A DNA stretch of 35,476 bases from an uncultured Candidatus Saccharibacteria bacterium (GTDB taxonomy: Bacteria; Patescibacteriota; Minisyncoccia; UBA6257; 2-01-FULL-56-20). Numbering within the stretch: the first letter of the stretch is position 1; every line of letters starts with the position of its first letter. The notes under the pieces are model-generated. The model was not told where the DNA came from and did no database searches. It was given only the letters and a program-made list of their open reading frames with translations. The stretch lies in contig CAYTEE010000002.1 in the NCBI GenBank assembly GCA_964436785.1, positions 1 to 35,476 of the forward strand. Reading direction: 5' to 3'. Below, piece after piece: positions 23,622 to 31,299 of this stretch. A program made the position numbers and the translations under genes.

Positions 23622-24938
23622 AAGAAAATCCTCCGCTTATTAGCTCCAAAATTTATTTTAAGCGGTTATCACTTGGCGCTCGCGTATCTCGCCGCGCTTT
23701 GGTTCGGATTCCCGTCAAAAAAAATGACGGTGATCGCCGTTATTGGAACGCGGGGGAAAACAACAACGGCGAATCTTATCTGGTCGTGCCTTACCGCCGC
23801 CGGCCACAAAACGGGGCTTACGGGAACAGCCAATATCAGAATAGGGGACAGGGAGTTCTTGAACCCCTATCACATGACAATGCCGGGGCGTTTTGTTCTC
23901 CAGAAACTTCTCTCCGACATGAAGCGTGCCGGATGCGAATACGCGGTCGTGGAAACCCCATCCGAAGGAGTTGAACAGTGGCGCCATAAAGGAATTTCGT
24001 ACGACGCGGCGGTGCTCACCGTGGTTTACCCCGAATATGCCGCGGCGCATGGCTGGAGCTTTGAGCGCTGTAAGCGTATGCACCTCGAGGTTTTTAAAAA
24101 ACTTGCGGGAGGAAAGCGGAAGATATTGAACGGGAAAAAAGTCCCCAAGACCATCGTTGTGAATGCCGATAGCGATTTCAGCGAAGATTTTATCCAATGC
24201 GAAGCGGATAAGAAGATTACATACGGCATAAAACATGCCACCGATTGCCGCGGAGAAGATATCCGCGTCGGTCAGTCGAACATTACTTTCCGCGTAGGGA
24301 AAGATACATACGAATTGCGCATGCGAGGAGCGTTCAACGTCCCCAATGCCCTTGCCGCCGTCGCGCTATGCTCCGCCCTGGGTATCGAACAGGAAGCGAT
24401 CACCCAAGGCATTTCACAGCTCAAATGCGTCCCTGGCAGAATGGAATCCATCGAAGCCGGACAGCCGTTCTTGGTGCTTGTGGATTATGCGCACGACGCG
24501 GTGAGCATCGAGGCGGCTCTTCGCGCGGTGCACGTAATGAAGAAGTCGCGTTCTTCGAAGGTCATTGTTCTGTTCGGCGCGACGGGAGGCGGGAGAGACA
24601 AAAAAAGGCGGCCGTTGATGGGGCGCCTGGCCGCGGAGCTGGCTGATCTTGTTATCGTGTCGAACGACGACCCGTACGACGATGATCCGCAGGAAATTCT
24701 CGAGGACGTGGCCCGGGGAGCCGAAGAAGCCGGCGCGAAAAGAGGGGAAAAGCTCTTTGTTATCGAGGATCGCCGGGCGGGGATGGCAAAGGCCTTTTCT
24801 TTGGCGAAGGAAGGGGATATAGTTCTTATAGCGGGAAAGGGAGCCGAACAGTCCATGGTGATGAGCGGAGGGAGGGAAATCGCGTGGGACGACCGGGTTA
24901 TCGCCAGGGAAGAACTCGGCAAGCGCGCAAATATATGA
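23619..24938 (+). CDS. murE: Mur ligase, MurE-like (UDP-MurNAc-L-Ala-D-Glu:diamino acid ligase) lacking the usual N-terminal domain
   Basis: VIGTRGKTTTANLI P-loop, DYAHDAVSIEAAL, GATGGGRDKKRRPLMG, VSNDDPYDDDP, IAGKGAEQ. Only about 35 residues, which are hydrophobic, precede the P-loop. Confidence 0.8.
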   Translation: MKKILRLLAPKFILSGYHLALAYLAALWFGFPSKKMTVIAVIGTRGKTTTANLIWSCLTAAGHKTGLTGTANIRIGDREFLNPYHMTMPGRFVLQKLLSDMKRAGCEYAVVETPSEGVEQWRHKGISYDAAVLTVVYPEYAAAHGWSFERCKRMHLEVFKKLAGGKRKILNGKKVPKTIVVNADSDFSEDFIQCEADKKITYGIKHATDCRGEDIRVGQSNITFRVGKDTYELRMRGAFNVPNALAAVALCSALGIEQEAITQGISQLKCVPGRMESIEAGQPFLVLVDYAHDAVSIEAALRAVHVMKKSRSSKVIVLFGATGGGRDKKRRPLMGRLAAELADLVIVSNDDPYDDDPQEILEDVARGAEEAGAKRGEKLFVIEDRRAGMAKAFSLAKEGDIVLIAGKGAEQSMVMSGGREIAWDDRVIAREELGKRANI

Positions 24939-25369
24939 AAAAAAAATTTCTTGGAATTTTTGCGGCATTCGTTTTTATCTTCTCTGCGGCGCTTTTTAAC
25001 GCGCAGATCGCGCACGGAGAAGGGCAAATGCCGCCGGCGCCATCGTTCGATATCGGGGGGCTTTTCCAAAGCATACTAAACCCCATAGGCTCATTTTTTG
25101 AAAGTTTAACCCATGTCGGAGCAGGCGGGAGCGGGTCCGGCGAACCAACGCAAACGCAATTCAGCAATTTCGATCTCGGAAACAACCCCTCTAATACGAG
25201 CTTCCATAGCAATTTCGATCTCGGCGAATTCCTGTCCCGTTTCGACGCGCGATTCCAGGAAATAACCGGAATAAGCATCAGCCAATTTCTTAAAGCGATC
25301 ATCGGCATTTTTATCTGGATATTTAATGCCTTCATAAAACTGCTGCAATGGCTTCTGGCAAAAGTGTAA
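24935..25369 (+). CDS. Small secreted or membrane protein, hypothetical
   Basis: The start MKKKFLGIFAAFVFIFSAALF is a signal peptide, and its ATGA overlaps the murE stop. There is an NFDLG duplication and a hydrophobic C-terminus. The 24884 start in the ORF track is unlikely. Confidence 0.55.
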   Translation: MKKKFLGIFAAFVFIFSAALFNAQIAHGEGQMPPAPSFDIGGLFQSILNPIGSFFESLTHVGAGGSGSGEPTQTQFSNFDLGNNPSNTSFHSNFDLGEFLSRFDARFQEITGISISQFLKAIIGIFIWIFNAFIKLLQWLLAKV

Positions 25370-25375
25370 TATCAA

Positions 25376-26023
25376 ATGCTACGTGTCTATTTTTTTGTCA
25401 TATTGCTTCTTGTGGTGATCATATCGGGACAGCTCGCGCTTCGGTCTTTTTTTTTATCACCCAACTCGCGGCTTTTCTCCATAGTTCCGCCTATTCCCTT
25501 CTGGCAAAAAGAAACAAGAGGGGAGCCTATTGATTTTGATTTTTTCGCCTCGATATTCCGAAGGGTCCGCCTTTCCCAGGGGTACGGTGCAACGCGGTTC
25601 GCGCAGCTCCGATACCCGAGCCGGTGGCACAACGGCGTAGATATCGCCGCTCGCACAGGGTCCACGGTGCACTCGCCGATGCCCGGAACCGTGGTCATGA
25701 CCGGAGACCAGGATAAATATTGCCCGCGCCGCGGATACGGAAAATTTGCCGCCGTAAAGAACACGGAAGACAGCGCAGTCATTCTTTATGCGCATCTGAG
25801 CGCCATTCAGGTAAAAACGGGGCAAAAGATAAAAGAAGAGCAGGCGATCGGACTTTCGGGATCCACGGGACTCTCGACGGCTCCGCATCTTCACGTTACG
25901 GTTTTCCGGTCCGGCACGTTCCGCGTTGAGGACAACAAGTCCTGCGGACCGTCTCCGGAAGGAAAAGATACGGACCCAATCATATACTTTGACTCGCTCT
26001 CGTCCATAGCCGAGAATAAATAG
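25376..26023 (+). CDS. M23 (LytM-type) peptidase, short form
   Basis: N-terminal TM segment, then HNGVDIAA ... GLSGSTGLSTAPHLHVTVF. Confidence 0.88.
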   Translation: MLRVYFFVILLLVVIISGQLALRSFFLSPNSRLFSIVPPIPFWQKETRGEPIDFDFFASIFRRVRLSQGYGATRFAQLRYPSRWHNGVDIAARTGSTVHSPMPGTVVMTGDQDKYCPRRGYGKFAAVKNTEDSAVILYAHLSAIQVKTGQKIKEEQAIGLSGSTGLSTAPHLHVTVFRSGTFRVEDNKSCGPSPEGKDTDPIIYFDSLSSIAENK

Positions 26024-26034
26024 TTTTTGTCGCA

Positions 26035-26063
26035 TTGATTTATTGTGCGACTTCTACTATACT
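26035..26063 (+). promoter_or_regulatory. Candidate own promoter of the homing endonuclease gene
   Basis: TTGATT (26035-26040), 17-nt spacer, TATACT (26058-26063). The ATG lies 8 nt downstream. Confidence 0.45.
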
Positions 26064-26071
26064 GAGAGCAA

Positions 26072-26623
26072 ATGAAATTGCCTGGAGATTATATTGCTGG
26101 TTTCGTCGATGGTGAGGGGTGTTTTGCCCTAAAATTCAGACGCGACATTAAGCTTAATAGGAAAAATACTCCTGTATATTTTTATTGGGATATTGAATTT
26201 GCAATTATGCTTCGCGAAGACGACAAAGAAATTCTTGAGAGTATTAAAGAGACTATTGGATGTGGGAGAATTAGTACTAGTAAAAGAGGCTCTGTAAGGT
26301 ATTCGGTGAATCATGTTGGTGATCTTATTGATAAAATAGTGCCATTTTTCGAACTATATCCACTTCATGCAAAAAAGCTGTTCGATTTTGAATTATGGAG
26401 AGAAGCGGTAGAAATTATTAAGAGGAATCAACGAATAAAAATAAATGCAGAAATTGGGAAAGATGGTTTTCAAAGAACAGTTTATAAACCAAGAGATATA
26501 GGGAGATTAAAGGAAATTCACGAGCAGATGAAGCAATTTAAGGGTCGTACTCATGAATGGAAGTGGCTAATGGATAAGCACAGAGAATCATGTGACGTAA
26601 AAGAAACAATGGGCGACATATAG
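26072..26623 (+). CDS. LAGLIDADG-family homing endonuclease (single-motif type), free-standing
   Basis: YIAGFVDGEGCF motif near the N-terminus, 183 aa, markedly AT-rich compared with its flanks. Confidence 0.85.
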   Translation: MKLPGDYIAGFVDGEGCFALKFRRDIKLNRKNTPVYFYWDIEFAIMLREDDKEILESIKETIGCGRISTSKRGSVRYSVNHVGDLIDKIVPFFELYPLHAKKLFDFELWREAVEIIKRNQRIKINAEIGKDGFQRTVYKPRDIGRLKEIHEQMKQFKGRTHEWKWLMDKHRESCDVKETMGDI

Positions 26624-26653
26624 AATAGAGAAAAACACCGTCCCCTTGTTATT

Positions 26654-28078
26654 ATGAGAAGCACGCAATCAGCCCGCAAAAAACTCCACGCCCACTTTAT
26701 TGGTATCGGCGGGATCGGCATAAGCGCCCTTGCGCGCTGGTTTTTAGCTAAAAATTGGGCTGTTTCGGGCTCCGATATAGCGGGGAGCTCAGTTACTCAA
26801 GAACTCGAGAAAGAGGGCGTAAAGGTCAAAATTGGGCATAAAAAGGGTGGTCCTGCCTGCCGGCAGGCAGGTCTCCCCTCCCGGGTGGATATGGTGGTAT
26901 TTAGCGAGGCGATAGAGCCCCAAAACCCCGAACTTATAGAGGCAAAACGGCGGGGAATCGTACCGCTTTCATATCCCCAGGCCCTTGGGTGCCTTACTAA
27001 GGCATATAAGACGCTTGCGGTTACCGGAAGCCACGGGAAGAGCACCACGACCGCAATGCTCGCCCTCATTCTTATCCGCGCCGGTTTCGATCCGAATGTC
27101 GTCATAGGAACGAAGCTCAAGGAGTTCGGCGGGAAAAATTTCCGTTCGGGCAAAAGCAAATTGTTGGTGCTCGAAGCGGACGATTACAAAGCTGTTTTTT
27201 TGAACTACTCCCCTGCCGCGATAATCGCGACCACGCTCGACCGCGAACACCTTGATGTATACAAGAACCTTGGGAACATAAAAAAAGCGTTTTTGAAATT
27301 TTTTGCGAAAATAAAAAATGGCGGAGCGCTCGTGGTAAACCGCGACGATAAAAACCTCCGCTCCCTCCACTCCCCTATCGCGCGCCTCGCAAAACGCAAT
27401 TCGCTCCGCGTCCTCTGGTATTCGCTAAAAAGCCCGGAAGCGAAACAGATACGGAACGTTCTTAAAATTCCGGGGGAGCATAATGTTTCAAATGCGATTG
27501 CCGCGTACACTCTCGCGACGAAGATATTAAACATAAAAAAACAGGATGCCCTAAAAGCGCTCGCCGGTTATCGCGGAGCGTGGCGCCGGATGGAATTCCG
27601 CGGCTACTACTCCCTACCGCCTACTCCCTACCGCCTACCCGTCTACGACGACTATGCCCATCATCCCACGGAAATAAAAGCAACACTTGAGGCGTTCAAG
27701 GAAAAATTCCCGAAAAGGAAGATAATCTGTGTGTATCAGCCGCACCAGGGCGAGCGCCTGAAGGCGCTTTACCCCGAATTCATCCATTCATTCCACGATG
27801 CCGATACTCTCATTCTCCTTCCGGTTTACGAAGTTGCCGGGCGCGATACGAGATATAAAACTTGGACTTCGGAGCGCCTTGCCGCATCCATTAAAAAACG
27901 ATACCCCAAAAAAGAGGTTTATTATATTTCAAACCCAGAACGAATTAAAGAATTTTTGCGCTCCCACCTCCCACCTCCCACCTACTACCTACTACCTATC
28001 CTCATAATGATGGGCGCGGGCGACATAGCAAACTATACACCGCTTCTTTTAGACAAAAAGAGGAAGCGCGCAGTATAA
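26654..28078 (+). CDS. murC: UDP-N-acetylmuramate--L-alanine ligase
   Basis: HFIGIGGIGISALA, GSHGKSTTTAML, DDYAHHPTEIKATL, and the C-terminal MMGAGDI. Confidence 0.92.
   Translation: MRSTQSARKKLHAHFIGIGGIGISALARWFLAKNWAVSGSDIAGSSVTQELEKEGVKVKIGHKKGGPACRQAGLPSRVDMVVFSEAIEPQNPELIEAKRRGIVPLSYPQALGCLTKAYKTLAVTGSHGKSTTTAMLALILIRAGFDPNVVIGTKLKEFGGKNFRSGKSKLLVLEADDYKAVFLNYSPAAIIATTLDREHLDVYKNLGNIKKAFLKFFAKIKNGGALVVNRDDKNLRSLHSPIARLAKRNSLRVLWYSLKSPEAKQIRNVLKIPGEHNVSNAIAAYTLATKILNIKKQDALKALAGYRGAWRRMEFRGYYSLPPTPYRLPVYDDYAHHPTEIKATLEAFKEKFPKRKIICVYQPHQGERLKALYPEFIHSFHDADTLILLPVYEVAGRDTRYKTWTSERLAASIKKRYPKKEVYYISNPERIKEFLRSHLPPPTYYLLPILIMMGAGDIANYTPLLLDKKRKRAV
26852..26871. repeat. Perfect 20-bp palindrome CCTGCCTGCCGGCAGGCAGG in frame inside murC (encodes PACRQAG)
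   Basis: Read directly from the sequence. It lies in a loop that is about 8 residues longer than the E. coli MurC segment as I recall it (HRPENVRDASVVVV). Confidence 0.75.
27611..27638 (-). repeat. Antisense GTAG-type repeat inside murC (TCCCTACCGCCTAC x2)
   Basis: The reverse complement GTAGGCGGTAGGGA is 13/14 identical to GTAGGCGGTAGGAA at 6771-6784. It encodes YSLPPTPYRLP. Confidence 0.7.
27964..27998 (-). repeat. Antisense heptamer tract inside murC (CACCTCC CACCTCC CACCTAC TACCTAC TACCTAT)
   Basis: Five 7-nt units. The reverse complement contains GTAGGTAGTAGGTAGTAGG (compare GTAGGTAGTAG at 6816-6826). It encodes HLPPPTYYLLPI. Confidence 0.7.
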
Positions 28079-28086
28079 TTCTTCGG

Positions 28087-28857
28087 ATGTTCGATTCATA
28101 TAAAGACGCGGAGGGGTTTAAGGAGGCAAGTGGGTACACGATAGACGGCGTGTGGTATCCGCGTGTCACGAAGATAGTCTCTATTAAAGCCAAGCCGGCG
28201 CTTCTTTGGTTCTACGGGGAAGCGGAAAACTACAAGGCGGCGCAAAATATAACCACAAAATCCGCGGAGGAAGGAACGCTGGTGCATGAAGTCGTGGAAG
28301 CGATACTTTTGGGAAAAGAGCCGGAGATCGATCCTTCTATCCTGCCGGCAGTCACCGCATTTCGGAATTTCTTGGAACGGAATAATGTCCAAACCGCTCC
28401 CGAGTGGGTCGAGCGGCGGATCCTCCATACCGATCACCGCTACGCGGGAACGATAGATGCGCTCGCGCTCTTGGACGGCAAATTTGGCGTTCTCGACATC
28501 AAAACCTCGCAGGGTATCTATCGCGACTATAATCTTCAAACGGCGGCGTACGTAGAAGCGCTAAAAAACGATTTCCAGCATCTTCAAACGCGCTGGATAC
28601 TCCGCATAGACCAGATCCAGAAGTGTCTTCGCTGTACGGCAACGCTTCGTACAAAAGGCGGAAGAGAAAAAGTAAAAAATAACAACAGGGGCGGCAAGGC
28701 GTGTTCCGGGGGTGAACACGACTGGGGTGAAATGCAAGGCGTCGTAGAGCTTCAGGAATTCCCCTATTGGCAGGACGATTTTGAAGCGTTTTTGGGCGCG
28801 AAAAAACTATGGGAATGGGAAAACGATTTTTGGCTGAAGAAAATAGGTTATTTATAG
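28087..28857 (+). CDS. PD-(D/E)XK-superfamily nuclease with a Cys-containing insertion
   Basis: GTLVHEVVE ... YAGTIDALALLDGKFGVLDIKTSQGIYRDYNLQTAAY fits the D...(D/E)xK...QxxxY core. An insertion follows: QKCLRCTATLRTKGG...KACSGGEHDW. Confidence 0.65.
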   Translation: MFDSYKDAEGFKEASGYTIDGVWYPRVTKIVSIKAKPALLWFYGEAENYKAAQNITTKSAEEGTLVHEVVEAILLGKEPEIDPSILPAVTAFRNFLERNNVQTAPEWVERRILHTDHRYAGTIDALALLDGKFGVLDIKTSQGIYRDYNLQTAAYVEALKNDFQHLQTRWILRIDQIQKCLRCTATLRTKGGREKVKNNNRGGKACSGGEHDWGEMQGVVELQEFPYWQDDFEAFLGAKKLWEWENDFWLKKIGYL

Positions 28858-28871
28858 AGTGGGAATGGTCC

Positions 28872-28919
28872 CGACCCCGACTTTCGTCGTGGGTCGAGGA
28901 TCCCCGATAGCGAATCGGG
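28872..28919 (+). terminator. Two GC-rich hairpins downstream of the nuclease gene
   Basis: CGACCC-CGAC-TTTC-GTCG-T-GGGTCG (28872-28896) and CCCGAT-AGCGA-ATCGGG (28903-28919). There is no long U-tract, and a TATAAT follows at 28920-28925. Confidence 0.35.
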
Positions 28920-28962
28920 TATAATTAGAGGGAACGGGGCAAGTAAATTTCATAAAGCCCTT

Positions 28963-29388
28963 ATGAATTTTTTCTTTAAAATTTCTCCCGAGTGGACGCT
29001 CCGCATCGGATTTGCGGCGATGTATTTCTATTCCGGCGTGAGTATTTTTAGCGCTCCACAGAATTGGGCGTGGGCAGTCCCCTCTTGGTTTTCCGGCGCC
29101 GTAACGTCGCTTGGATTTGATACTGAAACTTATCTCAAGTTGCAGGCGATCGGAGAAGTCGTCTTCGCGCTTGCGTTTCTCGCGTGGTTTTTACGGCCGG
29201 CAGTCCTTGAGATCATCACGGTCTTCGCGGCAGTCGAAATGGCGGGAATCCTTCTTCTGGGAGGAACCGGAATTAATTCCATAACTTTCCGCGACCTGGG
29301 AATCCTGGGCGGGCTTATCGCGCTCGTTATTATATTCGGCCAGACGAGGAAGACCGAAGATCTGGTAGGAAAGGACTTAATAAAATAA
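28963..29388 (+). CDS. DoxX-like integral membrane protein
   Basis: 141 aa with four hydrophobic helices. The family assignment is tentative. Confidence 0.5.
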   Translation: MNFFFKISPEWTLRIGFAAMYFYSGVSIFSAPQNWAWAVPSWFSGAVTSLGFDTETYLKLQAIGEVVFALAFLAWFLRPAVLEIITVFAAVEMAGILLLGGTGINSITFRDLGILGGLIALVIIFGQTRKTEDLVGKDLIK

Positions 29389-29393
29389 AAAAC

Positions 29394-30362
29394 TCAGCGA
29401 GTATTCCGCCGAAGGGCCCCCTGGATGATCTTGTCCAATAATTCCGGAAGGCCGATCCCAGCCGCTTTTGCCGCCTGCGGGCAAAGGCTTGTTTCCGTCA
29501 TTCCGGGGATCGTGTTCGTCTCAAGCATATAAATTTTCTTGTTTTTCACTATCATATCGGTTCGCGATAATCCCGAACAACCGAGAACACGGTGCGCCAA
29601 AAGAGCGGCGTTTTGAATTTTCCGGATAATTTCTCTTGGAAGTTCCGGCGGCGTTACTTCCCTGCTCGCGCCCGGAACATATTTTGCATGATAATCAAAG
29701 AATCCCCTCTTTTGCGGGATGATCTGTGTTGGCGGAAACGCCAAGGGTTTTCTTCCGACATCAAGAACTCCGCACGTTACCTCGTTTCCGCGAATGTATT
29801 CCTGGAGCATCACGATTTCCGAAGCGGCAAATGCTTTTTTTATCGCGCGCGGGAGTTCGCTTTTTCTTTTCACGATAGAAACCCCGACGCTCGATCCTCC
29901 GTCCGCCGGTTTCACCACGACGGGGAATCTTCCGGCCCAGAATATTTTTCTTCTATCTTCTTTCGAAAATGCGGAGAACTTGGGAACCAAAAGCCTATGG
30001 AACGCGAAGAGCTCGGACGAGCGGACCTTATCCATCGCAAGCGCGCTCGCGAGTACTCCGGAGCCGGTATAGGGAATGCCGAAAAACTCAAGCAAACCCT
30101 GTATTGTTCCGTCTTCCCCATACTTCCCATGGAGGGCGACAAAAACCGCCTCTACACCCCGTTTTTTGGCCAATTTAAGGGCATCAGGGGGCGCCAGTTC
30201 CTTCCCTTGTATCTTCCACCTCCTGTTCTTCCCGATAACAACCGGCTCCGGAATGTACTTTTTCCGGTCCAGATTTTTGAGGATATTTTTTCCCGTATCA
30301 AGCGAAACGGCGCGCTCCGATGAAGTGCCGCCGAAAAGAACCGCGATCCTCGCCTTCCGCAT
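29394..30362 (-). CDS. ddl: D-alanine--D-alanine ligase
   Basis: IAVLFGGTSSERAVSL, FVALHGKYGEDGTIQGLLE, and the ATP-grasp C-terminal segment LETNTIPGMTETSL. Confidence 0.92.
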   Translation of the reverse strand: MRKARIAVLFGGTSSERAVSLDTGKNILKNLDRKKYIPEPVVIGKNRRWKIQGKELAPPDALKLAKKRGVEAVFVALHGKYGEDGTIQGLLEFFGIPYTGSGVLASALAMDKVRSSELFAFHRLLVPKFSAFSKEDRRKIFWAGRFPVVVKPADGGSSVGVSIVKRKSELPRAIKKAFAASEIVMLQEYIRGNEVTCGVLDVGRKPLAFPPTQIIPQKRGFFDYHAKYVPGASREVTPPELPREIIRKIQNAALLAHRVLGCSGLSRTDMIVKNKKIYMLETNTIPGMTETSLCPQAAKAAGIGLPELLDKIIQGALRRNTR

Positions 30363-30363
30363 G

Positions 30364-30519
30364 TTATTCCGCCGAATTTTTCTCTATCACGATCGGCGCG
30401 TGATTGAATTCGCGATTCGCGAGATAACCCAGGCCGAAGCTTAGCGTCGCAACAAGAAAAATAATCAGCGTGAAAATAATTTCCCTCTTATGCGCCACTG
30501 CATAATCTCTAATTTTCAT
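30364..30519 (-). CDS. Small single-pass membrane protein (51 aa), hypothetical
   Basis: Not in the ORF track because it is under 60 aa. Translates to MKIRDYAVAHKREIIFTLIIFLVATLSFGLGYLANREFNHAPIVIEKNSAE*. Its stop lies 1 nt before the ddl start codon. Confidence 0.45.
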   Translation of the reverse strand: MKIRDYAVAHKREIIFTLIIFLVATLSFGLGYLANREFNHAPIVIEKNSAE

Positions 30520-30520
30520 T

Positions 30521-30541
30521 TTTGATATTTGATTTTTGATC
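30521..30541 (+). repeat. TTTGATT-type heptamer tract (TTTGATA TTTGATT TTTGATC)
   Basis: Read directly from the sequence. Same unit as 14246..14273. Confidence 0.65.
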
Positions 30542-30547
30542 TATTCT

Positions 30548-31270
30548 CTAAAACTGCAGGTATTTCTCCCACTTTTCGTATAGCGCGCTCGTCGCCCGCA
30601 GGTCCCCGACATTATATTTTGCTATCTCAAGATACTTTTTCTTCTTGAAAAGTGGCGCAACATCATCGCCCGTCACGCCGCCCGCCTTTGGGCTCTCGAT
30701 GCCGAACGCCCGCGACCACAAGTGCAAACTTCCTTTCTTCCGGCTCGCACCATAGAACGTAAGCTGTTCCAGGAGGTCGATGTGGAGCGCCTCCGGATTA
30801 TGCTGATATAAATAGCGCCCGCGCATCAAGTCCTTCGTGGGACGGATGCCCTTTATCGCCGAGCGGATCATCAAAAACGGCACGTCAAAACTCCTTCCAT
30901 TGAACGTAATGAACACCTGATAATGCCGCGCCGCTTCCCAGAATTTTCGGAGCATTTCCTCTTCGTCCATTGGTTTGAACGAAACCCCCTCTTCTTTGGT
31001 TTCGGTGAGCTTCGATCCGGGCGCCTGGAAATATACCGCCCCTTCGTTTTTGTGGTAATCGAGCATTCCTATCGCGACGATCTCGCCCGTCAAGGGAGAA
31101 AATCCAAGGCCGCTCTTCAGGTCTTCGAGCGCCATTTTGTAGTCCTCCTCATCTATAGAATCGCGCTTGATCCAGCGGGTAAGATTTTCCTGCGTTGCCC
31201 TATCGAGAGAATCAAAGTTCTCTCCTATTGTTTCAATATCGAAAACAAGTTTTTGGGTGGCGATTGACAT
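30548..31270 (-). CDS. Predicted 3'-5' exonuclease, RNase H-like fold (PolB-exonuclease-related)
   Basis: LVFDIETIG (Exo I DxE), ITFNGRSFDVPFL (Exo II) and YNVGDLRAT (Exo III YxxxD). Confidence 0.7.
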   Translation of the reverse strand: MSIATQKLVFDIETIGENFDSLDRATQENLTRWIKRDSIDEEDYKMALEDLKSGLGFSPLTGEIVAIGMLDYHKNEGAVYFQAPGSKLTETKEEGVSFKPMDEEEMLRKFWEAARHYQVFITFNGRSFDVPFLMIRSAIKGIRPTKDLMRGRYLYQHNPEALHIDLLEQLTFYGASRKKGSLHLWSRAFGIESPKAGGVTGDDVAPLFKKKKYLEIAKYNVGDLRATSALYEKWEKYLQF

Positions 31271-31299
31271 ATTGGTCCATTATAGAATAGAATTGACCC

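Noticed and set aside
24884-24934. Long start (24884) for the small secreted protein overlapping the murE 3' end by 55 nt
   Set aside because: The extra residues (MGRPGYRQGRTRQARKY) are an out-of-frame reading of murE. The ATG at 24935 gives a clean signal peptide and an ATGA coupling with the murE stop.
26024-26653. Homing endonuclease as part of a group I intron or intein
   Set aside because: The flanking genes (M23 peptidase and murC) both appear full length with their own starts and stops. The flanks are only 48 and 30 nt, too short for an intron ribozyme core, and there is no in-frame fusion as an intein would require.
27964-27998. Heptamer tract in murC as a phase-variation (slipped-strand) switch
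   Set aside because: The units are degenerate (three variants), which disfavours slippage. The gene is essential for peptidoglycan synthesis, and a 7-nt change would only truncate the last ~25 residues. There is no supporting evidence in a single sequence.
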